From assembly GCA_043814095.1 (NCBI GenBank), contig JBDRKI010000036.1, positions 42,093 through 106,092 of the forward strand: 64,000 nt of DNA, read 5' to 3'. This DNA comes from Armatimonadota bacterium. Its GTDB lineage: Bacteria; Vulcanimicrobiota; JACPDS01; JBDRKI01. A model generated the notes under the pieces. It made no database searches and was not told the origin of the DNA. It was given only the letters and a program-made list of their open reading frames with translations. Below are positions 1 through 9,670 of the stretch, one piece after another; position 1 is the stretch's first letter; each line of letters begins with the position of its first letter. The position numbers and the translations under genes are program-made.

Positions 1-450
1 TCCATCATAAAGAATGCCTTCTAATGTGAATTTCCATTTTTGTTGCATGCTGGATAAAAACTGGGGGACGCCGTATTTTGCCATCTGGGAAAGGTTTCCT
101 GCAAGGAGCCCGTCAAGCCTGTACTGTTTGCAGATTTTAGCGATCTGATCCTTGGTAAAGGGCTTATCCGGTCTTAAAGACGAATAAGGAAATATTTTAA
201 GATCTGTTATCATGTCTGTATCTATAGGGACAATTACATAGTTATTCTGTGTCAGAATTTCCTGCATTCTTTCAGGGTAGTAAGGGAAGTCAATATGTCC
301 CGGGATATCGGTAGTATTAAACGGCTGCATTACACCGATAATGTAAAGGTCCTGGTATGAATCTCCCGCGGCATCTGCCGGGAGCGGGGAGAAAACAACG
401 AGGCACAAAAGAACCATCACCGTAAAGATAAGATTTTGTCTTTTTTTCAT
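1..450 (-). CDS. hypothetical secreted protein (C-terminus cut by window edge)
   Basis: Open frame from ATG at 450 (MKKRQNLIFTVMVLLCLVVFSPLPADA..., signal-peptide-like) to position 1 with no stop. Absent from the ORF track because it is truncated. No family recognised. Confidence 0.5.
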   Translation of the reverse strand, partial: MKKRQNLIFTVMVLLCLVVFSPLPADAAGDSYQDLYIIGVMQPFNTTDIPGHIDFPYYPERMQEILTQNNYVIVPIDTDMITDLKIFPYSSLRPDKPFTKDQIAKICKQYRLDGLLAGNLSQMAKYGVPQFLSSMQQKWKFTLEGILYDG

Positions 451-559
451 GCTTTTCGTTCCTCCTTTATTTGATATTAAAATATTCTTTAATTTTTTTA
501 TAAATCCCTTTAATCATATAATGTTTGTGCATGTAAGTTACAAAGGGTAAAATAAGAAT

Positions 560-1459
560 TTATTGATGGCAGTTTTCGCAGTCATGATCGCAGTTTGGTT
601 TCTGATGGCATGGTTCGGCATGTATTAATATCTCAATATCGGTAAAAGTTTGTTTTATATCTATTTCTAAATGATCGCATAATTTATGGGCTTCAGCTAA
701 AGTGCAGGTCGGTTTTAACACAAGATGAAGGTCAACATATCTTACAGAACCCGAGCTTCTGGTTCTTAAATTGTGGTATTCTATGAACTGGCCCATGTGT
801 TGATCTAAAATTTCTCTTATAGTTTTTTCTTCTTCTTCAGGCAGGGATTCATCTATTAAGTCCTTCATTGTTTTGCGTATAAGTTTGAAGAAAGAGAATA
901 ATATTATGCATGCTACTAATAATCCCACGATAGGATCTATTATGTTGATACCGGTTACTTTAATTATTATTAAGGAGACAAGAACCCCGGCTTCCCTCCA
1001 TATATCCGCTTTAAAATTATGGGCTCTTCCTTCAAGGGCTATTGAATTTTCGGATTTCGCGGTTTTGAACAGATAATTAGAAACCACTATTTTTGATATT
1101 AAGGATACGGCCATAACCAGGATACCCAGATTTAGTTCTCCGATTATATTGCCGTAAAGTATACCCTTAACAGCTTTTATAACGATAAATACGGCTATTG
1201 ATAATATGAATATGGATTCTAATGCCGCGGATAAAGTCTCAAATTTGCCGTGCCCGTAAGGGTGGTCTTTATCAGGCGGTTTTTCCGATTTTTTAATAAG
1301 GAAGTAGGATAATAAAGAAATAGCAAGGTCGCCTATGGAGTCTAACGCTTCAGATAGTATGGCTATGGAATTAATATAAAGGCCGACAGCCACTTTTAAT
1401 ATAGCTATCACAATAACATATATTATTGATATAACAGATGCTGTTACTTTTTTAGTCAT
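560..1459 (-). CDS. cation diffusion facilitator (CDF) family metal efflux transporter
   Basis: 299 aa with multiple TM helices followed by a cytoplasmic domain. CDF-like HPYGHGKFETL segment. Cys/His-rich tail HAEPCHQKPNCDHDCENCHQ. Confidence 0.85.
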   Translation of the reverse strand: MTKKVTASVISIIYVIVIAILKVAVGLYINSIAILSEALDSIGDLAISLLSYFLIKKSEKPPDKDHPYGHGKFETLSAALESIFILSIAVFIVIKAVKGILYGNIIGELNLGILVMAVSLISKIVVSNYLFKTAKSENSIALEGRAHNFKADIWREAGVLVSLIIIKVTGINIIDPIVGLLVACIILFSFFKLIRKTMKDLIDESLPEEEEKTIREILDQHMGQFIEYHNLRTRSSGSVRYVDLHLVLKPTCTLAEAHKLCDHLEIDIKQTFTDIEILIHAEPCHQKPNCDHDCENCHQ

Positions 1460-1604
1460 ATAATCACTGCTTAATATAATTTAATATTAAGAAAATTATA
1501 TCAGAAATAGAATTTTTTAAAAAGGGGTTAGTGTCATTTTATCGAAAAATTATTGAGTTAGAAGATTGTTCGATAACCATAATTTAATAAAAAAGGCGGT
1601 ATTT

Positions 1605-2606
1605 ATGAAAAAATTAACATCCGGCAAAAAAAGGATTTTTCTTTTTATTCTGCCCGCATTATTGTTAATATTTACTTTAACGGGATGCGCGACAAACAGT
1701 ACGACAACCGAGCTTGCGGCCGCCGCGACGGGTTATTATCTTTATGTAGGGAATATGACTACCAATGATGTGACTATAATTAATACAGGCACTAACTCGG
1801 CGGCAGCCACTGTTAATGTCGGGGATAATCCGGGCAGGGCGGTTATAGGGCTGTATGATTATGTTTATGTACCGAACTGGGGTTCTAATAATGTATCAGT
1901 AATCAGAGTCAGCGACAATACCGTAACTACCGCCGTCAATGTGGGGAGAAATCCTTTCGAGACTGCTATCACGCCTAACGGCAATTATGTTTATGTGTCA
2001 AATATGGGCGCTGATACCGTGTCGGTAATAAAAACCAGCGATAATACCGTAACTTCTACAATAAATGTAGGGTCAAATCCGTCAGGGATAGTGGTTACAC
2101 CCAGCGGCAGTTATGTTTATGTGGCAAATATGGACAGTGATACCGTATCTATAATAAGAACAAGCGATAATACGGTAACCGCCACAATAAATGTGGGAAC
2201 CCACCCCAAGGGAATCGCCATCACGCCTAACGGCAGTTATGTTTATGTGGTAAATGACGGTTCTGATACCGTATCGGTAATAAGAACAAGTACCAATACC
2301 GTAACAGCAACTATAGATGTCGGCTCCAGTCCATACGGGGCCGCAGTTACACCTGACGGGAAACATGTTTATGTGACAAATTATTTTCATAATACCGTAT
2401 CGGTAATAAATACAGCCAGCAATACGGTGACCGCTACGGTTAATGTCGGAACGAGCCCTACAGCTGTGGCTGTTTCTCCTTACGGTGATTATGTTTATGT
2501 GACAAACTGGGGTTCTAATACGGTATCTGTAATAAGGGTCAGCGATAATGAAGTAGTTAATACCGTTAATACAGGGATAGGACCGGGAGGAGCGGTAATC
2601 GGTTAA
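1605..2606 (+). CDS. YVTN-family beta-propeller repeat lipoprotein
   Basis: The track ORF starts at TTG 1566. ATG at 1605 gives MKKLTSGKKRIFLFILPALLLIFTLTGC (lipobox). About seven ~40-aa repeats follow, of the form YVYVxNxxSxTVSVIxxSxNTVTxTxNVGxxPxGxAxTPxG. Confidence 0.85.
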   Translation: MKKLTSGKKRIFLFILPALLLIFTLTGCATNSTTTELAAAATGYYLYVGNMTTNDVTIINTGTNSAAATVNVGDNPGRAVIGLYDYVYVPNWGSNNVSVIRVSDNTVTTAVNVGRNPFETAITPNGNYVYVSNMGADTVSVIKTSDNTVTSTINVGSNPSGIVVTPSGSYVYVANMDSDTVSIIRTSDNTVTATINVGTHPKGIAITPNGSYVYVVNDGSDTVSVIRTSTNTVTATIDVGSSPYGAAVTPDGKHVYVTNYFHNTVSVINTASNTVTATVNVGTSPTAVAVSPYGDYVYVTNWGSNTVSVIRVSDNEVVNTVNTGIGPGGAVIG

Positions 2607-2655
2607 TAATTTATAAAAAGATGATTGTCATTAGATAGATAAAAAGAGGAAGATA

Positions 2656-4725
2656 TTAATTTTTATCTTCTTCTTTCTTTTTCTTTAATATTTCTTCTTC
2701 AATATTTTTAGGAGCTGGGAGGTATTTGAAAAACTCCATAGAGAATGTTGCTCTCCCGCTGCTTAATGTGCGCAGGGCCGTCGCATAACCGAACATCTCT
2801 TTAAGAGGCACAGTTCCCGTTATTTTCTGCGAGCCCTTGCGGAACCTTCTCATGTTGTTTATCTTCCCGCGTCTTCTTGTTAAATCTCCCATGATATCAC
2901 CTAAGTACTGGTCTGGGGAGTTTATCTCTATTTTCATTACAGGTTCAAGCATAAGAGGAGATGCTTTTTTAAATGCTTCTTTAAAAGCCATTGATGCCGC
3001 TGTCTTAAACGCGAATTCCGACGAATCCACTTCATGTGTCGTGCCGTCTAATAGTTCGCACTTTACATCAACTACGGGGTATCCCGCGTATGCGCCTTCC
3101 TGCATGGCTTCTTCTATGCCTTTTTTAACAGCGGGGATGTACTCTTTGGGTATCACCCCGCCTTTTGTACGGTCAATGAATTCAAAGCCTTTGGCATCAT
3201 TGGGCTCTATGCTTATAACGCAGTGCGCGAACTGTCCCTTGCCGCCGGACTGTTTTACATAACGCTTGTCGCAGTCAGCTTTTCTGGTTATTGTTTCCCT
3301 GAATGAGATCGAAGGGCTGCCGGTTTCGGCGTTTACGCCGAATTCTCTTTTTAGGCGGTCAACAATAATTTCAAGATGGAGTTCTCCCATACCGGATATT
3401 ATAATTTCTTTTGTTTCTTCATCGGTGCGGAAACCGAAAGACGGATCTTCCATTGCTATTTTTTTAAGGGAGATACCGAGCTTGTCGTTTTCCTGCTGGG
3501 ATAAAACGGATACCCTTATGCTTATAACCGATTCAGGTGCCGTTATTTTTTCAAAGAGTATAGGGTTACTTGGCGAGGAGAGGGTATCACCTGTTGTGGT
3601 GTTTTTAGTGCCTATCAATGCAACTATATCGCCTGCTGATGCCTCTTTTAGTTCCTGCCTGTCTTGCGCGTGTATTTTAAGTATTTTACTTATTCTTTCT
3701 TCCTTGTTTTTTAAAGTATTTAAAACAGTGTCTCCTTGAGATATTTTTCCCGAATAAATTCTTGTAAATGTCTGCTGGCCTACGAACGGGTCGTGTATTA
3801 TTTTAAATGCAAGAGCTGAGAAATTTTCATCTGCAGAAGGTTTTCTGGTAAGAACTTTTTCCGGATCATCCGGGCAAAAACCTGTTGTAACACCTATATC
3901 AAGAGGGGAGGGCAGATAATCAATAACAGCGTCAAGAAGATTCTGTACTCCGATATTTTTATATGCCGCACCGCAGAAAACAGGAGTTATGATAGATTTT
4001 AAAACACCGTCTCTTGCGGTTTTTTTGATAAGCTCTGCATCTATAGGTTTATCTTCCATATACTGTTCAAGCATCTCGTCACTGTATTCGGTTAATTTTT
4101 CTATTATTTCTTTATGCGCTTCCTGGGCTGAATTTAGATATTTTTCCGGTATCTCTTCCTCTTTATATGAGCCGTCTTTATAAATGAGGGCTTTCATTGC
4201 AACAAGATCAATGACCCCTGTTAATTCTTCTCCCTCAAATAAAGGAAACTGGAATTTTACAGGGTTTGCCTCAAGCTGGTCTGTCATCATTTTTACACAA
4301 GTTTCAAAATCCGCGCCTACGGTATCCATTTTATTTATAAAAGCGATTTTAGGTACTTTGTGTTTCTGCGCCTGGTTCCATACGGTTTCTGTCTGGGCTT
4401 CCACGCCGTTAACTCCGCAGAAAACCGCGACAACGCCGTCAAGAACTCGCAGTGATCTTTCAACTTCAATAATAAAATCAACATGACCCGGAGTGTCAAT
4501 AATATTTATCTGATGGTCTTTCCACGCGCAGGTTATTGCCGCAGAAGCTATGGTAATGCCGCGTTCCTGTTCCTGGGTCATAAAATCCATGGTGGCTTTG
4601 CCGTCGTGGACTTCACCCATCTTCCTTATATTACCGCTGTAATACAGGATTCTTTCGGTAACGGTTGTCTTGCCTGCGTCAATATGGGCGACAATCCCGA
4701 TGTTTCTCAGTTTTTCCAGTGACAT
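2656..4725 (-). CDS. fusA: translation elongation factor G (stand-alone copy, not next to rpsG/tuf)
   Basis: 689 aa. GTPase motifs AHIDAGKTT, DTPGHVDF, NKMD. Full EF-G length. AAGGAG RBS upstream of the ATG. Confidence 0.9.
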   Translation of the reverse strand: MSLEKLRNIGIVAHIDAGKTTVTERILYYSGNIRKMGEVHDGKATMDFMTQEQERGITIASAAITCAWKDHQINIIDTPGHVDFIIEVERSLRVLDGVVAVFCGVNGVEAQTETVWNQAQKHKVPKIAFINKMDTVGADFETCVKMMTDQLEANPVKFQFPLFEGEELTGVIDLVAMKALIYKDGSYKEEEIPEKYLNSAQEAHKEIIEKLTEYSDEMLEQYMEDKPIDAELIKKTARDGVLKSIITPVFCGAAYKNIGVQNLLDAVIDYLPSPLDIGVTTGFCPDDPEKVLTRKPSADENFSALAFKIIHDPFVGQQTFTRIYSGKISQGDTVLNTLKNKEERISKILKIHAQDRQELKEASAGDIVALIGTKNTTTGDTLSSPSNPILFEKITAPESVISIRVSVLSQQENDKLGISLKKIAMEDPSFGFRTDEETKEIIISGMGELHLEIIVDRLKREFGVNAETGSPSISFRETITRKADCDKRYVKQSGGKGQFAHCVISIEPNDAKGFEFIDRTKGGVIPKEYIPAVKKGIEEAMQEGAYAGYPVVDVKCELLDGTTHEVDSSEFAFKTAASMAFKEAFKKASPLMLEPVMKIEINSPDQYLGDIMGDLTRRRGKINNMRRFRKGSQKITGTVPLKEMFGYATALRTLSSGRATFSMEFFKYLPAPKNIEEEILKKKKEEDKN

Positions 4726-4753
4726 AATAAAAGCTCCTTTTGTTAAGGAAATA

Positions 4754-4782
4754 ACAATACATTAATAAGTTATGCTTGTCAA
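4754..4782 (-). promoter_or_regulatory. candidate sigma-70-type promoter for EF-G gene
   Basis: On the minus strand: TTGACA (4782-4777), 17 nt spacer, TATTGT (4759-4754), about 25 nt upstream of the RBS. Confidence 0.35.
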
Positions 4783-4828
4783 TGATTTTTTACCTTATTT
4801 ATATATTATTTTCACATAAAATTAATAT

Positions 4829-4853
4829 AGGGACAAGGCAGTGCCCTGTCCCT
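4829..4853 (-). terminator. hairpin terminator downstream of tandem-caspase gene
   Basis: AGGGACAAGGCA/GTGCCCTGTCCCT forms an ~11-bp GC-rich stem with one mismatch. A T-containing tract follows on the minus strand. Confidence 0.5.
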
Positions 4854-4887
4854 AAGAAAAACCGGCATAAGATATAAAAAGTTTTTC

Positions 4888-6852
4888 TTATTTAACTATT
4901 AATTCGCCCGCGTAATTATCGTATATCTGCGGCTGCTGGGTATAATAACCGCTTGTTCCCGAGTAAATATAATCATTTGTCAGTCCGGGTACATATCCTC
5001 CCAGCTCTTCCGCTGATATTGATGTGCTTGAATCGGCATCCGCCGGTCCGAATATTGAACCCTGACCCAGCCCTTCACATATGTAATATACAAAAACGCC
5101 GTTCTGCAGGAATCCTGACTCCCAGCTTACTTCATCGGAAGCAGAAGATGTCATAACATAGGTATTATCAAGGCCTTCAAGTGATTTAGAGAATTCTTCG
5201 CCTTTGTAGCTTAAGCTGGAATTTTTAACGGGGATATATTTAGCTTTCATGTATTCTGACCTTGAATATTTTTTATCTATGAAATGCCCGCTGAAACAGG
5301 CATCTAAGAGGATATACTTACTTGAAGTTTCAGGAAAATCCTTGATCCAGTTCTTAAGATCATTCTCGCTTATTCTCTTGGAGTCGTCATCTATGCTGTC
5401 ATGTGGTATTAGATATCCTGTATTGCCGGTGTTTGTGCCGTGTCCGGAATAAAGGAATATGAATAATCCGTCATCTGCGATATTATTTGCGGCATCCGCT
5501 ATCGCGTTCTGTATTGCTTCTTTTGTCGCCTTGGCATATCTGTTTACGCTTATACTGGCTCCGGCCCATAATGGGGAATTTAGGAGGCTGTCTTTCATAT
5601 CTACCGCGTCATCATCCGTATAACTGAGGTCATATTCGGTACCGGGATAATCACATACGCCCACAAGTACCGCGCAGACCGATCCGTCTGCCGATGATAT
5701 TGTTATAAGGGTATCCCCGCCGTCCTGGGGAGTATCCGGTTCATCCGGCTCATCAGGGATATCGGGTTCTTCATCGGGAGCTTCGTAACCGCTCCCGCTT
5801 TTTATATCCATGCTCCCGCTGTAGTTGTCATAAGACTGCGGCTGCTGTGTATAATAATAATTACTGTTATTTATAACATAGTTGTTTACGCGGGAAGGTA
5901 CATAGGAAGATAATTCTTCCGCGCTTATTGAATCATTTGAATCCGTGTCCGCGGGGCCTATTACGGCGCCCGTGCCCAGTCCTTCGCAGAGGTAATATAT
6001 GAAAACGCCGTTCTGCAGGTATCCGGATTCAAAACTTACTTCATCACCTTTTGACGAAGTCATAACATAAGTATTTTGGGATCCGGTAAGATTTTTAACT
6101 GTTTTATCGCTGTCATAATACGGGTTAGATCCTTTAACAGCCATGTATTTGGATTTTAAAGCGCCGGTATTTACACCCCGTGCATCTATAAAAAGACCGC
6201 TGAAGCATGAGTCTATTAATACGTATTTTTTAGCGGTTGAAGGAAAATTATCAATCCAGTTTTTCATTTCATATTCACTTATCATACTGGAATATCCGTA
6301 AGCGCCGTCATAAGGTATTATATATCCCGTACTTCCGTTATTTGTACCGTGGCCTGAGTACATAAATACAAATAACCCGTCGCTTGCTAAACTGTTCTGC
6401 GCGTTTGTTACGGCAGTCTGGATTTTTGCTTTTGTTACGTGTATATCACTCTGTATATTTACATCAGCGCCTGTCCATGAGCCGCTGTTTATTAAAGCGT
6501 CTTTAAAATCAAGAGCGTCTTTATATGTGCATGTAAGGTCTGAGGAATCATTGCTCCCGGGTTCATCCGGGTAATCTGATACGCCGGCTATTACCGCGTA
6601 AGCCGATCCATCCGCTTTTGATATGGTTATTAAAACACCCTTATTTTCCGGTTCCGGTGTCTGCGCTGGCGCAGGGGTGGGTTCTTCGGCAGGGGAAGAG
6701 TATACCGGTTCATTAGAAGTATTTGTTCCGCCGCCACCGCCTGTACCGCCGCCGCCTCCTCCTCCGCAGCTTGTCAGAACAAGAGTAAGCAGGGGACATA
6801 GGATAATTAATATAAAAACGGTAAAAAATAATGGAATATTTCTTTTTTTCAT
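4888..6852 (-). CDS. lipoprotein with two tandem caspase-like (peptidase C14) domains
   Basis: N-terminus MKKRNIPLFFTVFILIILCPLLTLVLTSC (lipobox) followed by a poly-Gly linker. Two ~275-aa units each carry the His box (FMYSGHGTN / FLYSGHGTN) and Cys box (IDSCFSGLF / LDACFSGHF) of the caspase dyad. Each unit also has an EF-hand-like loop (DTDSNDSISAEE / DADSSTSISAEE). Confidence 0.8.
   Translation of the reverse strand: MKKRNIPLFFTVFILIILCPLLTLVLTSCGGGGGGGTGGGGGTNTSNEPVYSSPAEEPTPAPAQTPEPENKGVLITISKADGSAYAVIAGVSDYPDEPGSNDSSDLTCTYKDALDFKDALINSGSWTGADVNIQSDIHVTKAKIQTAVTNAQNSLASDGLFVFMYSGHGTNNGSTGYIIPYDGAYGYSSMISEYEMKNWIDNFPSTAKKYVLIDSCFSGLFIDARGVNTGALKSKYMAVKGSNPYYDSDKTVKNLTGSQNTYVMTSSKGDEVSFESGYLQNGVFIYYLCEGLGTGAVIGPADTDSNDSISAEELSSYVPSRVNNYVINNSNYYYTQQPQSYDNYSGSMDIKSGSGYEAPDEEPDIPDEPDEPDTPQDGGDTLITISSADGSVCAVLVGVCDYPGTEYDLSYTDDDAVDMKDSLLNSPLWAGASISVNRYAKATKEAIQNAIADAANNIADDGLFIFLYSGHGTNTGNTGYLIPHDSIDDDSKRISENDLKNWIKDFPETSSKYILLDACFSGHFIDKKYSRSEYMKAKYIPVKNSSLSYKGEEFSKSLEGLDNTYVMTSSASDEVSWESGFLQNGVFVYYICEGLGQGSIFGPADADSSTSISAEELGGYVPGLTNDYIYSGTSGYYTQQPQIYDNYAGELIVK
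4891..5715 (-). repeat. caspase-domain unit B (aa 380-654) of the internal tandem duplication
   Basis: See unit A. The two are separated by an acidic Pro/Asp/Glu linker (EAPDEEPDIPDEPDEPDTPQD). Confidence 0.8.
5800..6636 (-). repeat. caspase-domain unit A (aa 73-351) of the internal tandem duplication
   Basis: Aligns residue-for-residue with unit B (VLITISKADGS.. vs DTLITISSADGS.., both ending ..YYTQQPQxYDNYxG). Short nucleotide identities also occur, e.g. aaaacgccgttctgcagg near 5091 and 6001. Confidence 0.8.
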
Positions 6853-6904
6853 AATAATACCCCCAATAAATTATAAAAAATGCCTGTGCCTGCTGATTGT
6901 TTTG

Positions 6905-6982
6905 TTAATTATATTATAGCATTAAAAAAGTAAAGAATTGTTAAATTTTTGTTAACAGAATGTTAACATATTGTTAACATTT
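6905..6982 (-). promoter_or_regulatory. TGTTAACA-array element, copy a (oriented toward the caspase gene)
   Basis: TGTTAACA at 6950, 6961 and 6972, with a degenerate TGTTAAAT at 6939 (exact 11-bp phasing). On the minus strand these are followed by TTTAACAATTCTTTAC and TATAAT (6918-6913), about 60 nt before the ATG at 6852. Confidence 0.6.
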
Positions 6983-6999
6983 ATGAGGGTATAGGGTAA

Positions 7000-7944
7000 T
7001 TATCTTACAGGTATAAAGGCATGCCCGTCCCATTCATAAGCATCACAGAATTTTTCGGCTTCACCGTGGGTAAAATAAGTGCCGTAAAGGCGTATCTCGG
7101 GCTGGCGGTTATTATTGCTATCTGCTATTTCCAAACTTTCAAAATAGCCTTCCTGGCCCAAATCCATACTATTGCGCCATATTTCTTCATAACGGGAACC
7201 GTCCCATTTATATATAATTACATTATTCGCGCTTCTTGAGGCCATGCAGTCAGGAAGTATTTTATCATCACCTATGCTTACCACAACCAGTTCGTCTTTG
7301 CCGTCTCCCGTAATGTCGGCATATTCTTTTCCTACTATTGCAATTGTGTTCATATTGCCGGAATGTCCTGTATCAACATCGTAATATGATTTCGTTTTTA
7401 TATAGAATGCGGGGCATCCGCGGTACATATTTACCGTAGCCTGTGAGTTAGCATCTACCGTGAAATTAGATATTACCTTTCCCGGATACATAAGCTCCGC
7501 TAATTCTTCATTTGATAATATATGCGTGCTGCTTTTTACTTTGTCTTTTTTAAATATACCTAGATTTTTAATGTAGTCTGACTGTAATACTGCTTTTGCT
7601 ATTATAAAAATGCCGGAAAGAACCAGAATTATTGATATCAAAGAAGTTATTAACGGCATTATTTTCTTTTTTTCTTTTCCCGTATCTTTCTCTTTTTCTT
7701 TCTCTGGAGAGGATTTTAATTCTTCTTTATCCGGTATTATTGATATCTCGGTATTTTCTGTTATTGTACCTTCATTGCTGGGTTCAAGATTTGTTACTTT
7801 TAAATTTATACCGGAGAAGCGTATTATTTTGCCTTTGGATATGCTCTTTCCCATTAAAAATGAACCAAGCTCATCTGACCTTGCCTCTATGGACCTTATA
7901 TTTCTTAAAGATACCGTTAATTCAACAAACTTAGCTTCAGGCAT
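7000..7944 (-). CDS. hypothetical single-pass membrane protein (FG-GAP/VCBS-like motif in the C-terminal domain)
   Basis: 314 aa. An ~75-aa N-terminal soluble domain, a Lys/Glu-rich linker, a TM helix (IMPLITSLISIILVLSGIFII), then a domain containing ITGDGKDELVVVSIGDD. AGAGGTGAG RBS. Confidence 0.55.
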   Translation of the reverse strand: MPEAKFVELTVSLRNIRSIEARSDELGSFLMGKSISKGKIIRFSGINLKVTNLEPSNEGTITENTEISIIPDKEELKSSPEKEKEKDTGKEKKKIMPLITSLISIILVLSGIFIIAKAVLQSDYIKNLGIFKKDKVKSSTHILSNEELAELMYPGKVISNFTVDANSQATVNMYRGCPAFYIKTKSYYDVDTGHSGNMNTIAIVGKEYADITGDGKDELVVVSIGDDKILPDCMASRSANNVIIYKWDGSRYEEIWRNSMDLGQEGYFESLEIADSNNNRQPEIRLYGTYFTHGEAEKFCDAYEWDGHAFIPVR

Positions 7945-8045
7945 AACTCACCTCTTTAACTGTTTTCTGTATATTTATAATTCGCAGTTTTATAAAAAGC
8001 TTCCTCCAAATAAAATAAATTAAGAAATGAATAGATGAATGAATT

Positions 8046-8082
8046 AAAAAACCAGAGCTGCCGTAAGCAGCCCTGGTTTTTT
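8046..8082. terminator. bidirectional hairpin terminator
   Basis: AAAAAA-CCAGAGCTGC-cgtaa-GCAGCCCTGG-TTTTTT. Lies just downstream of the minus-strand symporter gene. Confidence 0.65.
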
Positions 8083-8101
8083 AAAAACAATCTGTAATTA
8101 A

Positions 8102-9520
8102 TTAAACTTTTACTTCTTTTTTTGCCTCGGGAATAGGGCAAGGCTGGTTATCTAAACACAGTTTAGATGTCTTACCGTTGCTTTTATTAAAATAATCTCT
8201 TGTTGCCTTAACGATAATAGGACTTAGCGCTATTAAAGCTATAAGGTTGGGGAATACCATAAGTCCGTTCGTTATGTCAGCAAGGTTCCATATCAGCTTA
8301 AGGGCCGATACGGCGCCTACGAAGTATAAAGCTACATATACAAGCCTGTATAATATAACTGACTTTTCACCGAAAAGGTATTCCATGCACCTGTCTCCGT
8401 AATATGACCAGCTGATAGCTGTTGAGAATGCGAAGAGACATATTGCTATAGGAACAATATAAAGGCCATTTGCTATTCCCAGTCCGTTCTGGAATGCCAG
8501 GGTTGCCAGTTCTCCGCTGGTTGTGCCTGTTTTCCATGCCCCGGACACAACTATAACCAATCCTGTCATAGAACATATTATAAATGTGTCAATAAAGGTT
8601 TCCAGCATTGATACAAGGGCCTGTCTTACCGGTTCTGTTGTTTTAGCCGCCGCATGCGCTATAGGGGCGGAACCCATACCGGCTTCATTGGAGAATAATC
8701 CTCTGGCCACACCGTATCTCATAACCATAAGTATGCTGAACCCCGCTGCTCCGCCTAATGCCGCCTGGGGATTAAAAGCACTCACTACAACCAGCTTTAA
8801 TCCGGGTATTATCATTTTATAATTCAATGCCAGAACAGCTGCCGCTCCGAGTATATAGAAGGTACACATTATAGGGGAGAGCTTGCTTGCAAACTGGGCT
8901 ATTCTTTTTATCCCGCCGATTATTACCAGGAATAATAAAGTTGCCAGTATAAGTCCTGTTACGACAGGAGGAATATTAAATGTAGTTTGTAAGGCCTGGG
9001 CAACAGTATTGGACTGCACCATATTGCCGATACCGAAGGAAGCTATTACGGTAAATAAAGCGAAAGCATACGCAAGGGGCTTCCATTTAGGACCCATGCC
9101 TTTTTCAATGTAGTACATCGCTCCGCCGCTTACCGAGCCGTCTTTATGGACAAACCTGTAAAGGTGTCCTAAAAGGCATTCTGAATATTTTAACGCCATT
9201 CCGAAAAACGCTGTTACCCACATCCAGAATAATGCTCCCGGTCCGCCAAGATGTATCGCGGTTGCCACGCCTGCTATATTTCCTATGCCTACGGTTGCGG
9301 AGATAGCGGTATAAAGAGCCTGTTTATGCGTGATATCACCGGGATCATCGGGATTATCATATTTTCCTGTGAGTATGCCTAAAGCGTAAGGGAGTCTTTT
9401 TATCTGTATAAAGACAAGCCTTAAGGTGAGGTAAAGTCCCGCAGCCAGCAGGACAAACATTAAAAAGTCGCCCCATACCATAGAGCTTATTTTCTGAATA
9501 ATGGCATTTAAACTTTCCAT
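8102..9520 (-). CDS. alanine/glycine:cation (sodium) symporter, AGCS family
   Basis: 472 aa polytopic membrane protein. Contains the AGCS-type segment ALYTAISATVGIGNIAGVATAI. Confidence 0.88.
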   Translation of the reverse strand: MESLNAIIQKISSMVWGDFLMFVLLAAGLYLTLRLVFIQIKRLPYALGILTGKYDNPDDPGDITHKQALYTAISATVGIGNIAGVATAIHLGGPGALFWMWVTAFFGMALKYSECLLGHLYRFVHKDGSVSGGAMYYIEKGMGPKWKPLAYAFALFTVIASFGIGNMVQSNTVAQALQTTFNIPPVVTGLILATLLFLVIIGGIKRIAQFASKLSPIMCTFYILGAAAVLALNYKMIIPGLKLVVVSAFNPQAALGGAAGFSILMVMRYGVARGLFSNEAGMGSAPIAHAAAKTTEPVRQALVSMLETFIDTFIICSMTGLVIVVSGAWKTGTTSGELATLAFQNGLGIANGLYIVPIAICLFAFSTAISWSYYGDRCMEYLFGEKSVILYRLVYVALYFVGAVSALKLIWNLADITNGLMVFPNLIALIALSPIIVKATRDYFNKSNGKTSKLCLDNQPCPIPEAKKEVKV

Positions 9521-9670
9521 GGTGCACCTCTGTAATCATTAATAAATAATAGTATACCTGGATAATATATTAATAGTCAAGGCAAATCTTGCTGAATTTT
9601 GCCATATAAAGAAATAAAAAAAAGATAAAAAAAGGATTATAGGACATAAAAATAGTAAATAATACTCAGT

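Noticed and set aside
6939-6979. Possible CRISPR-like or iteron array, given the regularly spaced TGTTAACA repeats.
   Set aside because: The period is only 11 bp with no spacers, there are only 3-4 units, and no cas or rep genes are nearby. The geometry fits protein-binding sites, not CRISPR or a plasmid origin.
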